From Azolla caroliniana (lineage: Eukaryota; Plantae; Polypodiophyta), in assembly GCA_043228905.1 (NCBI GenBank), contig JBHGNT010000013.1:18848001-18912000 (forward strand): a DNA stretch of 64,000 bases. The letters are read 5' to 3'. How positions within the stretch are numbered: the stretch's first letter is position 1; each line of letters starts with the position of its first letter. Below, in pieces: positions 50,499 through 61,429 of this stretch. The notes beneath the pieces were generated by a model. It was not told the origin of the DNA. It ran no database searches and saw only the letters and a program-made list of their open reading frames with translations. The translations under genes and the position numbers were made by a program.

Positions 50499-51655
50499 CA
50501 GAGAGAGCAGAACGCAATTTCAAAATTATATCAGACTCTGTATACACACTGTGCTAAGTAGCACTATTTATACAAGTCCTTTTGGGACTAACAGAAGTAC
50601 CATGTACTTCAATGGTCACACGAGCATCTGACACTTACTACGAGACTATAGCTACCTAGTAGTCTATCCTATACTAGGCTTCCGATTGGACTTCCGGTTA
50701 CGGATTGCACCCGGCCTCCATTGCTTGCCGGTTCGGTTGCTCACCGTCATACTGATCCGTTTCGCCCGATCCGTCTCGCTTACCGACTCCGGCTTATTCA
50801 GCCGATCCGGCTCCGGTTGAGCTTGCCGCTCAACAACTAGGATAGCTAATTTGCTACTAGGATAGCTAATTAGCTACAACGATAGCTAATTAGCTACTTT
50901 CTCAACTATGTAGTAGCTATGATAGCTTATTAGCTACTAGGATAGCTAATTAGCTGCCAGTAGCTAATTAGCTACTAGGATAGCTTATTAGCTACTTTAC
51001 ACAACTATGGCAGTAGCTAATTAGCTAGTAGGATAGCTAATTAGTTGCCAGTAGCTAATTAGCTACTAGGATAGCTAATTAGCTAGTAGGATAGCTAATT
51101 AGTTGCCATTTGCTAATTAGCTAGTAGGATAGCTAATTAGCTTTTTTACACAACTAGGTACTAGCTAATTAGTTAGTACCATAGCTAATTAGCTACTAGG
51201 ATAGCTTATTAGCTACTTTACACAACTATGGCAGTAGGTAATTAGCTAGTAGGATAGCTAATTAGCTACTAGGATAGCTAATTAGTTGCCAGTAGCTAAT
51301 TAGCTAATAGGATAACTAATTAGCTTTTTTACACAACTATGGTACTAGCTAATTAGCTAGTACCATAGCTAATTAGCTACTAGGATAGCTAATTAGCTAG
51401 TAGCTCATTAGCTGCCAGTAGCTAATTAGCTAGTAGGATAGCTAATTAGCTACTTTACACAACTATGGTGCTAGCTAATTAGCTATGAGTAGCTAATTAG
51501 CTGCCAGTAGGGTAGCTAATTAGCTAGTAGCTAAATAGCTGCCACTTAGCTAATTAACTACTGTAGTAAACTATGGCAGTAGCTAATTAACTAATAGGAT
51601 AGCTATTAGCTGCTTTAATCAACTATGGTAGTAGCTAATTAGCTACAACAATAGC
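44826..51655. repeat. Intronic TAGCTAATTAGCTA array (44826-45288 and 50836-~51655), split by Copia
   Basis: Directly visible on both sides of the Copia LTRs. Confidence 0.95.
45289..50835 (-). mobile_element. Ty1/Copia element with internal deletion of the protease region
   Basis: LTRs 45289-45698 and 50424-50835; TSD GCTAG/ACTAG; PBS tRNA-iMet at 50412-50423; gag 50329-49304 (CWYCGKKGHRESEC); IN-RT-RH ORF 46710-49247; no DSG protease motif in between. Confidence 0.94.
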
Positions 51656-53094
51656 AGCAAAATAGTTTCCATACTTTTTACGGCTTAGGTAATTAGAAAA
51701 GACTAAGCTTATTAGCTACAGTATGGTATACCTGTTAGTTTTCTCCACTCATTTGGTAGAGCTGTACTACAATCTCCCAAACAGAATGTAGCAATTCGAC
51801 AGGCATGTTGAAAACAAAGCAATGGTATGTGTGGTTGCATGGTTGTAGGTGAACCAACAAAGACGCAGTTTTGTCCTCCACACCTAACCCGCAAGCGATG
51901 CAACGTGCTTGAACTGTCAATAAATCATTTTCTAGTTCTGCTTCATTTGGTAAGGGAGCAAGAATGTTCAGGTCCAAATCTTGTCTGGTCCTTACCATTC
52001 CCTCCACAAAATGTAGCTGCTTCTTAAGGCAGCTAACTACCTGTTCTTGATGAATGTATTGTTCCTTCAACGCAATAGAGAAATTTACCGATTAATTATT
52101 CCTGTTGTTGAAAGATACACCAACTTTGCTCAGGAATCGTTAACTTACTTGAAGCTTATCCAAATTGTAATCTGCAACAATATTTACACCTAGAAGGTCC
52201 AGGTTCATTGAAAGAACCTGGATCTCTATTTGCAGTTGTATTTTACGTTGGGGATCCAGTGGCCCCTCTAATTCAAGCTCCTGTTGCGCAACCTATTCTA
52301 GATAATGCTTGATTAGCACATTTTACCCTTAAAGTTATTTATAACACAATCACATACCAGCAAAACGATAGTTACCTGAATCTTATTTCTAATCGTTGTA
52401 ACAGCGGAAGTAACTTTGCTCTCCATTGCAGAAGCCATTGTGGCTTTCTCTAAATCAGTCTTAAAAAATGCCAATGTCTCACAGGCTTCATGTACATTTT
52501 TTAGCATATAGCTAACCAATGTCTCACCTGTATCATCGACATTGGCTTTCCTTGGGTGTCGGTGTGGTGTATGCCCCCAGTCTTGCTGGGAGTCGGTAGT
52601 TGCATCAACAGCTGCCATGCTCCAAAATCTGTCTATTTTTTGTGCCAAGGTCCTCATCTTTCGGCATCTTTTTACCGATGCCTCACCATAGACTGCCCAA
52701 GCTACCCTATACATTTCAGGGTCTCTCGATTCCTTCGTTGTTTTGCAGTACTCATATGCAAATGCTTTAGCAAATGAAATTGACAACTCATTGTTGACTG
52801 GGATCTCCTGATGAACTTTCTGGTGCAGCCTCATGCAGTCATCATACAAGTCGGCTCGTACATGCTTTAGCTTGACCTTGCCTTTGACTCTAGGCACTGT
52901 ATATACTGTCATCCAGTCTACATCACTGATCAATTTATCACTTAGGACAGCAGGGTCAACACCCTCGAGTGACAGACCATAGGTGTTGTGGAAGTCCTCC
53001 TTTGTCTCGCAAAATTTTGCGAAGTTTAGCACTCTCGTATACGGAGGAACGAGCCATCTGAAATATCATTTCAAAAATCAGAAATAGTGCAAAA

Positions 53095-53615
53095 TCAGAA
53101 TATGTGAGAATCAGAAACCCCAATCAACAACAACAAAAGTGGTGCAAAATCTTTAACTTAGCAAATCAGAAACCCTAATCATAATTTGTATTCAGAAATT
53201 TGAAATCAGAAACCCTAATCAAAATCTGTAATCAGAAGTTTGAAATCAGAAACCCTAATCAAAATCTATAATCAGAAGTTTGTAACCAGAAACCCTATTC
53301 AGAAATTCTAATCAAAAATTTATAATAAAAAACCCTAATCAGAAATTTCAATCACAAACCCTAATCAGAAATCCTAAACAGAAATTTATAAACAAAAACC
53401 CTATTCAGACATTCTAATCAGAAATTCTAATCTATAATCAAAATTTGTAACCAAAAACCCTATTCAGAAATTCTAATCAGAAATTTATAATCAAAAACCC
53501 TAATCAGAAATTTCAATCAAAAACCCTACTGAGAAATTTCAATCACAAACCCTAATCAGAAATTTATAAACAAAAACCCTAATCAGAAATTTCAATCAGA
53601 AACCCCAATCATCAC
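53095..53615. repeat. Telo-box-rich intronic array (AAACCCTAATCAGAAATTT-like, about a dozen units)
   Basis: Repeated AAACCCTA(A/T)TCAGAAA lying between the donor at 53656 and the acceptor at 53058. Confidence 0.88.
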
Positions 53616-54168
53616 TAAAGACAGGATTAAACACAAAAAAAGTAATATAAACACACCTGTTGCTACTCCCCGATTTGCGAGACATCCTTGTATGGGACTC
53701 CAAGGACTTCGCCCTATTCGATTTTGGGGAAATATGAATTGGCACCAAAGTTCAAACAGTAGTCAAAAAGAAAAAACAAATGTTTGGGGTTTCTGTAACT
53801 GAAACATACCTGGACGATGATCGAGCGAGTTCTGTGTTGTAGCTCTCAATCTGCAATGTCGATTTTCTACTGTTGCGGGAGCTACGTCTGCGTTCGTGCT
53901 CTGAGTACTCTATCTGCGTTCAAAATCAGACTTAGGCTAAACAGGAAATTGATGACATTGAAGTCGACCTTAGATGATGGTGTTATTCCCCAAGTTCCAC
54001 TACGTCTGAAACAGAAGTTCAAATATTTGAGTTTTTTCATAAATTAGTTTTTCAAATATTTGATTTTCCCACAAAAAAGACTAGCTAAACAAATAGCTAA
54101 TTAGCTATGGCCATTTTAGTAGCTAATTAGCTATAATAGTGTTTCCACTCACATGCTTTTACCCATAT

Positions 54169-56614
54169 CTCTTCCGAGCATACCGGTATCGTCCGGTCCT
54201 CACTAAGGCCTTCTTCGAGCGCCTCCCGTAACTCTCCCAAGGTGTCGTCGAAGGAGACCACCTCCATGGCTCCGTTGATTTCCTCTTCAGGGCCGAGGAC
54301 TCCGCATGCCCGAAGTCGCTCCTCCGCCCGCTTCTTTTCCCAGCCAGCCACGTCGGTTATCGTACAACCTCCGCTACCGGAGAACCAAAATTTCCTACCT
54401 ATGGTACAGGTGTTTTTGCCTATAGTACATCTGTGGGGTTTCCCTGGGGTGTCCAGACTATCGCGGCCCCACGCCTTGATTGCCCTCTCTAAAAATCCCC
54501 TCGATTTTCAGAATCAAGGGTCTCACGGTTACGCTCATGGTTCGGTCGCACCGTCAGGAACTAAACCGAGTGACGCCCATCCTAGTCCTTGACTCGCGCA
54601 TATGCCGAACCGTTGTCCAGCACCTTTGTCTCCATGCGCGCCGCCGTGATGTACGGTTCTCCGAGTATCACCGGATGCGAGGACGTCTCCTGCACGAAAA
54701 ATGTTGATCGATCTCGACATCGCCATTTTTTACTCGTACATTCGGGCAGGCTCCATGTAGCTCCTCCGTGGCGCGCGTTGCTACCCGTATCTTCCACCCG
54801 TGCTTGGTGTTGATCGGCCACTTTCCCTTCTTGTAGAAGTCCATGGACATCAAGTTGATCTCCGAACCATGGTCTACCAACGCCACCACCGGCTCCTGGA
54901 TGTCCCCGATCCTAACAGGGTTCTCCGTAGTGGCCCTAGCCCAATGTAGCCTCGAGTAGTGGCTTTCCGCCAATTCGTCCTCCAGAGCCATGTCTTCTAG
55001 GTGCGTTGTTCGCACCTCCACTGGCTTCTCCGGCTCAGGCTCCATCGAAAGCCTTTTCCGCTTCACCAGGTCTACGATGGAGTCATGGAACTCCTTCTTG
55101 CCGATTCCGAGCACTTCCCTCAGTCACAACTCCACTTTGTTGTCGAGGATACGTTCCTCGAGGACCTTTCGCAGGTCCATGGTCCTCTCGATCTCCGTGC
55201 TCAATCGGTACCCGGCCCTCTTGTCTTTGTCCGGTCCGCCAGCCACACTGGCATCATTCTGCTTTTGCCCGAACCGGGTCTCATATCGTTGTGAGGGTAT
55301 GGCCCCTCCGGTCTTACCCGCACGCTTGTCCTCCACCAGAACCTCATAGTTCTGGCAAGCGGCTTCAACGAAGCCCGTCTTTTCTTCGACCGGGTCACTC
55401 CACCCGGTTACCTCCCGGACCTGTTTTTCCGCACGGTACGCTTCCTCTTTCCTCAGTCGTACACAGGCAAGGCCCTCCAGCACCAACGGCCAGAATCCGG
55501 CTTCCTTCATCTTCCAGACTTCATCACTTCCGACCCAAATTCCAGCCGACGTCGAGTGGTGGACGATCTCCGCATGGCGAGCCGCTGCTTCTTCTATCAG
55601 TCGTTTCATACCCCCTCGTCCGACATTCAGATCCAGGGCCCTCCGGGTTTCGCTAGCGTGCACCCGACCATTCCATAGGTACACCACGTTAGCTCTTATT
55701 GCTTCGGCGAAATCTCTGCAGTCCTTTCGAGCATGGCTGACCGCGTCGCACCACAAGCACCGGTTCCCAGTCGGAGGCCTTTGGTCACGGACTTGTTCGC
55801 CGTCGTCCCTCCGTGCTTGTGCAATCTGGAGGTCCCTCACCAGTTGAGTCAGCTCCTCCAAAACGGCTCCTCCGAACAAGCCTTTGACCATGTTGGTCGG
55901 AGTCGAGCCGGTCTCGAGCCAATCTCGGGTCTCATCCCTTCGCGTCGGTGGGGGTACCTCAACCTTCCTTGTCACGACAAAACCCGCCCCCGTCAAGCCT
56001 TTATCGACCCACTCACGTCGTGTGTCAAAACGTCCGTAGACTCTCTTTACCACGGCCCAGTCGGTTGTTAGGCCGTCATCGGTCTCCAGCAGGAAGCCCA
56101 CTTGCTCCCGGTCCCTTGCGTCCACTGATTTAACAAACAATAGGACACGACTTGTGTCCAGTACGGTCCGGTCCAACGCCGAAAGTCGTGCGAAGCGTTC
56201 TTCAAACTCCCGAAGGAGCACAGATGCGTTTCTCCCCTTTTCGGGGGTCTCCACCCATTCCATGAAGTCCCGCTTCGATAGTCGAAGCGTGTCACCAAGC
56301 CCGTATTTTTCAAGTAGCCGACCTTCGAACTCTTCCCAGGTCCGGCTCTTAGCCCATACCTCAAGCACCTCTGCGTGGATGCCCGGCATCGCAACCCGTG
56401 GGAATCCGATCAGTCGCCTCTCCTCCGGGATGTCCCTCATCACCATTTCGACTCGGTAAGCCTCCAAATAGCTCGTGGCGTCCTTCCCACTGAACTGGCC
56501 TAACATGCCGACGACTGCTTCAATAGCCCTATCGAGGGCGCCTGTGCCTTCGTGCGCACTCACTATCCAATCCACAACCAAAGCCATGGCTTCTGCAAGA
56601 TCCGACCCTCTCAT
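54169..56614 (-). pseudogene. Gypsy gag (55124-56614) and aspartic protease region
   Basis: Zinc knuckle CLWCDAVSHARKDC; protease ALVDHGSEINLM in ORF 54668-55114. Confidence 0.9.
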
Positions 56615-57334
56615 CTTCCTATTCCTCTACCGCTTGTTTCACGTCGGGTTCACCAAATATGTCGCGTTGCTACGCGCGTGCGTGGAGAACGAGGCGGGAC
56701 CACGGGAGCCTCGGACCGAGGAATGGCCGAATAAGGGGAGGGGAAGGAAACTAACAATGTAATTCTCATGCGCTTAGACCCACAGAATCACAGGAATTGC
56801 AACTAACTACAGTACGCGAGATGGAGACAGAACGAATGCTTATGTATATATAAATCAAGGTGTTACAACGGGCAAGCCGGCGAGTGATAGGCTCCGACGC
56901 CCGCACACACACACACACACAACACGAGATGGAGACTCTGTCGGTAGCACTCGGGCGTCCCGCGGAGCAGAGTCAGCCTCTCAAAACCTACACAAAACGA
57001 TTAAAGGGGATGACAGAGGAGAAGACAACGGCTCGGTTCCAGTCCAGCAACACTTCGTTCTCTACTAAACGCGATATCTTTTACAATACCTCTCCCTCTC
57101 TTTTATAGCCCAAGGAGGGAGGCCGTTACCACCCGTTACATCATGTTTATTCCCTGTCCTTTCAGACAGGGATACGCCTCGATTTTCTCCTAATGAATGC
57201 GTGCTACCTAGGATTTCACCTCACCCAACTTGTACCTATCTGCGTACTATACAACAAAACTTGTGCCCACGTGTAAGGGCCGGTTTACGCAAGTTATACC
57301 CAGTTTCCACCTAGGGACGGTTTTCTCCACGACA

Positions 57335-60300
57335 CCATGCCATGAGACTCGGCGAAGGGATTATTTGGGGTATTTCCTTGGTAAGGTCGAAGTCGGAATC
57401 CATTTACCCAGTTTTTGGCGATGTCTCTGGCAAGTGCCCCAAGTTGGAATGTGTCGTTAAACTTATCAATTATCCAAAAGGGGCCTGTCCATCAGAATCG
57501 TAATTTCCCCGGCATAGCACCGAGTCATGTTTGGAAGACCAGTACCGGTTTGCCGATGGTAAGTGCTTTCTCCGTACCTTTCCGGTGACGATCAACGAAG
57601 GCTTTACATTGTCGTTGGCATTGTTCCAGTTGAGCCATGTTGGCCACTCAATGTTCGCCGAGTTCGAGGAGTTGCTTGAGCCGATATTGCTCTGATTGGG
57701 CCTCGGGTAGCCTTTCCTTAACCTGTACTCGGAGACTCGGAACTTGGAATTCGATCGGCATGACTGCTTCCAAACCAAAGGCCATCCGAAAGGGTGTAGA
57801 TTGAATGCTAGTTTTAAATGTGGTGTGATACGCCCATAATGCACTCTAGAGCTTGTCATCCCAATCGGTGCGGTTCTCATTGACGATCTTTTTCAAGATT
57901 GTTTGCAAAATTTTATTAGTAGATTCCGCCAATCCGTTTGCTTGAGGATAGTACAGTGTACTTTTCTTATTTACGACCGCGTAGTGTGTAGTGAGCTCCT
58001 GAATTATGTGGTTTATAAAATGCCCGCCTTGGTCACTAATGAGCTCGATTGGGCATCCATATCGGCACCATAGATGTTCGTAAACGAACTTTGCCGTGGA
58101 TGCAGCCGTGTTGTCCCGTAGTGGCTTAGCCTCGACCCATTTTGTGCAATAGTCTGTGGCCACTATTATATATTTGTTACCGGTGCGAGCCACGGCTGGT
58201 TTGAAAGGTCCCACAAAATCTAACCCCCACTTTTGAAATGGTTCTAACGAGAGAATGGGTTGGTGCGGTGTCCGGGCTTGCTCTGTCGGTTGTCCCATGC
58301 GTTGACACAAATTGCACTGTCGACAGAATTCATGAGCATCTTTTTTCGTTGTAGGCCACCATAAGCCACTCTGGCATATTTTTCTTGTCGTAGCCTCTCC
58401 AGTATAATGTTCCCCCGTGATTCCGTGATGTGCCTCCTAGAGGATTGCGTGGTTCTCAAATTGACGGATTGCACGGCGCCATATGCCGTCCGAGCCTTTG
58501 TGGTAGAGGGTGTCGGAGACTAGACAAAAGTTTCGGCTCCGGACAGCTAGTCGTTTCCAAGTGTCGAGGGTTAGATGGTCAGGAGGAAGGCCGGTGCTGA
58601 GGAAATGGGTCATCTCCGTGATCCATTCATCTTCATTTTCTTCTGGCACCGTTGCAAGACTAAAAAGGGCGTGCAATGGAGACGCGAAATCAGCCAGGTG
58701 TCGTAACATCCAGCTATGCCATCTGATTTGGCCCAAGAATCGGCTAAGTGCCTTCGTGGTAGAGGGCGCGGGAGCATTCAGAATGGCTTGCACTTTATCC
58801 GGGTCCATGGCGATACCTGACTGACTGACTATGTGCCCGAGCAGGTTGCCGCTTGTCACCAAGAACGCGCATTTTGCTGGATTTAAGCTCAACCAAGTTT
58901 GTCGACATCGATCGAGAAAGAGGTGTAGCTGGGTCATATGCTCCAGCCGTTGGCAATACACGGCAAAGTCGTCGAGGAAAACTTGCATGAACAATGGGAT
59001 ATACTCGTTGAAAATCTCTGTGATGATGCGTTGGAATGTGGTCGGTGTCGTTTTTAATCCGAACATCATTACCTCGGCCAGGAAAACACCCCATTCCATG
59101 ACAAACGTTGTTTTCTCCTGATCGTCCGAGTGCATTCTAATTTGGTTATAGCCACTGAACCCATCGAGAAAACTATAGCATTCATGACCAGCCACCATGT
59201 CGAGGACACTATCCGTGAACGGGAGAGGAAACCCATCCGTGATTGTCGCGGCATTGAGTTTGCGGTAATCAACGCACACCTGGATTTTCTCGTTTTTCTT
59301 GAGGACGACGACTATTGGGCTTAACCATGTGGCTCTTTTTACTGATCATATAAAACCTACTCAGAGGAGCTTGTCGATCCTCTTTGACCTTCAGGCAGGA
59401 GGTGTATTTGGTATTGGTAATATTGGGGATCCAATCCCTTCATATCAGTGTAAGACCATGCGAATACATCTTGATACTCCGTGAGCAGGCGTATGAGGGC
59501 TGACCGTTCGTCGGTTGGTAAGTTGTTAGCGATTTGTAGTGTACGCGGGTTCTCGTCGAAGCTGAGGTTGAGTGACTCAAGCGTTCATGCTTTGACTCGC
59601 TAGGAGATGGCGAGTTCTTGTTCAAACGCGTCCCAAGCGTGACGTAATTCCGCGATAGTTATGGAATCTGGCTCATCCTTGGGAAGTGAATCTTCCATGA
59701 CATCCTCGTCTGGGGGTGTGCCAAAGGACGAGATGGCGTCTATTTCGAAGAGGGGTATGATAGTGGGATGATCTTCCAGGAAGTCATCCACCTCGTCGTC
59801 GGCTAACCCGTAGAGCATGTGTACCCCTTCCGCGTGTAAGGGTGTGGTTAGGCGTTCTTCTGTTATTATCCGTACCTTGGTCTTCCCCCGGCGGAAAGAG
59901 ATCATATTTTGCTGCCAATGTTGCTTAATATTTGACGTGCGCAGCCAGGGTCGTCCAAGTAGCATTGGGTAGGCGCTTGGAGCATCGAGGCATAACACGA
60001 CTGCCGAGATAGTGAACATGTGGCCTCCTAACGTGAAGTCGAGGTGGCGGATTAACCCTATGGGGCGAACCGATCGCATATCGGCCATCTGAAGCCAAAA
60101 GGGGTAAGGTTCCCATTAGTTCAGACCAAGTGTGTGACATGTGGCCTCGCTGATGACGTTCACGCCGGAGCCACCGTCGATTATGCATCCCTGAAGGTCG
60201 CGTCCTTTAATCATGATTTTCACGGCTGGATTTTGGGAATCCATGATGGGTGGGCCCGTCCCTAGCTCTGTCAGGTTAACAGGGAGTGCGGCCGATTTGT

Positions 60301-61429
60301 CGTTAGTCGTGAGCATAGCCAAGGTATCCCGAAAGCGCAGCATGAGCGGTAAAAGCTTATGCAATGGCAACGAGATCCTAGAACTGGTAAGGGCTTCCCA
60401 CAGATGGTCATCTTCTGCCACGGTGGATGGTCCTACGGATTGTGGGTCTCCGATGGTCACGTCCTGCATCACTGTGTGCATCCGCTCCACATTGCTTTTA
60501 TTGGCGGTGTCAATCCATTCCTTGGCTGCTTGTCGGACATCATCTTGTACTTGCCATTGGATGGCCTGGGTTTTGCTGCGTGTAGTGACGTGTTGAACGT
60601 CGGCCATAATAATATTCACGGTCGGAGCCTTGTCGCGGTCCGTGGTTGGGCATTGGGTAGCGGGGTGGACGGGTTGGTTACACTTAAAGTAGGTAACCGT
60701 TGTCGAGTTGTTGGTGTCACCGTGCTCAGTGTGTGGGAGAGGGTGTGAGCAGTTCCCGGCCGCTTGTGTAGGCGTGTTGGCCCGTGGCACATTATGGGGA
60801 AGAGAGTTGTGCGGTACGTTTGGAGGAGGGTTTCGACGACAATTGTCGTTATGCCGTCGATTGTTCCGCGAACCTCTGTAAGAGTTTCTTCTATCGTTTC
60901 GTGAATACCGCTAATCATACCAGTCATCTCGGTCGTCATCGTACCGGTCATACTCATCGTTTGCTCTATATTGGTCATTGCGGTATTGGTCACGGCGGTC
61001 GTCCGATCTCCTGCGGTTGTCGTGGCGGTAGTGGTCGTTGTCGCGGCGCTGACGATCGGAGGATCGTGGTCGCTCGTTATCCTGATGTTGGTATGACTGA
61101 CATTCGTCCTGCCGTGAGTATGTATTTCGAGGCTCGATCTAGCGAACCGGAGCCGTCGTTGTGCGGTTGAGCATGTTGTATTCACATTGTTCAATCGTGT
61201 GAGATCGGGACTGACAGATTGGACAATGTGGCCGGTGAGGGCACTCGAGAGCCAGATGGTCGGAGCCCGAGCAGGTTGTGCATTGGAGGGCTTGTCGAAA
61301 ACGATTGTCCTCCTGAGGAAGGGTGCTTTGCAAAGAGCCCATGGAGAAAGTCGTGCTATGCTGTGTCCGATCAATGGCGAGGACGCGTGCGATGACTTGC
61401 TCGATTGTCTGGTTAGAGAAATTGGTAAG
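57335..61429 (-). pseudogene. Older outer Gypsy element: gag knuckles, protease, RT, integrase; RNase H apparently deleted
   Basis: CPHRPHCPIC (61139-61342), IIDGGSGVN (60116-60790), RT CVDYRKLN...FLDGFSGYNQI...FLDDF (58437-59279), integrase WGLDFVGP/SDQGGHF (57846-58310). Confidence 0.9.

Larger units (their letters stand above)
43049..53685 (-). pseudogene. Multi-exon passenger gene: unknown domain, coiled coil, RING-H2-like finger, then acidic exon and/or FCP1-like HAD domain
   Basis: Predicted exons 53685-53657, 53057-52376, 52292-52149, ~52070-51732, 44810-44275 and 44025-43049 have phase-compatible GT-AG junctions. Exon 4 acceptor appears mutated, and the RING has a 1-nt frameshift near 51815. 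Confidence 0.7.
32953..54164 (+). mobile_element. Sola2-like DNA transposon, copy C, complete (~10.2 kb net of two Copia insertions)
   Basis: TIRs 32953-32977 and 54140-54164 (23/25 match); TSD ATAT at 32949-32952 and 54165-54168. Removing the element plus one ATAT restores the Gypsy frame C-S-E-E-I-Y-E-V. Confidence 0.93.
29086..57334 (-). mobile_element. Full-length Gypsy LTR retrotransposon (~7.0 kb net), split by DNA-transposon copy C
   Basis: LTRs 29086-29753 and 56660-57334 (TGTCG...CGACA); TSD CCGT/CCAT; PBS at 56639-56655 complementary to the tRNA-Trp 3' end; gag-PR right of the insertion and RT-RH-IN left of it. Confidence 0.93.

Noticed and set aside
53095-53615. Interstitial telomere or chromosome-healing site
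   Set aside because: AAACCCT units are not contiguous (TTTAGGG)n and lie inside a predicted intron of the transposon.
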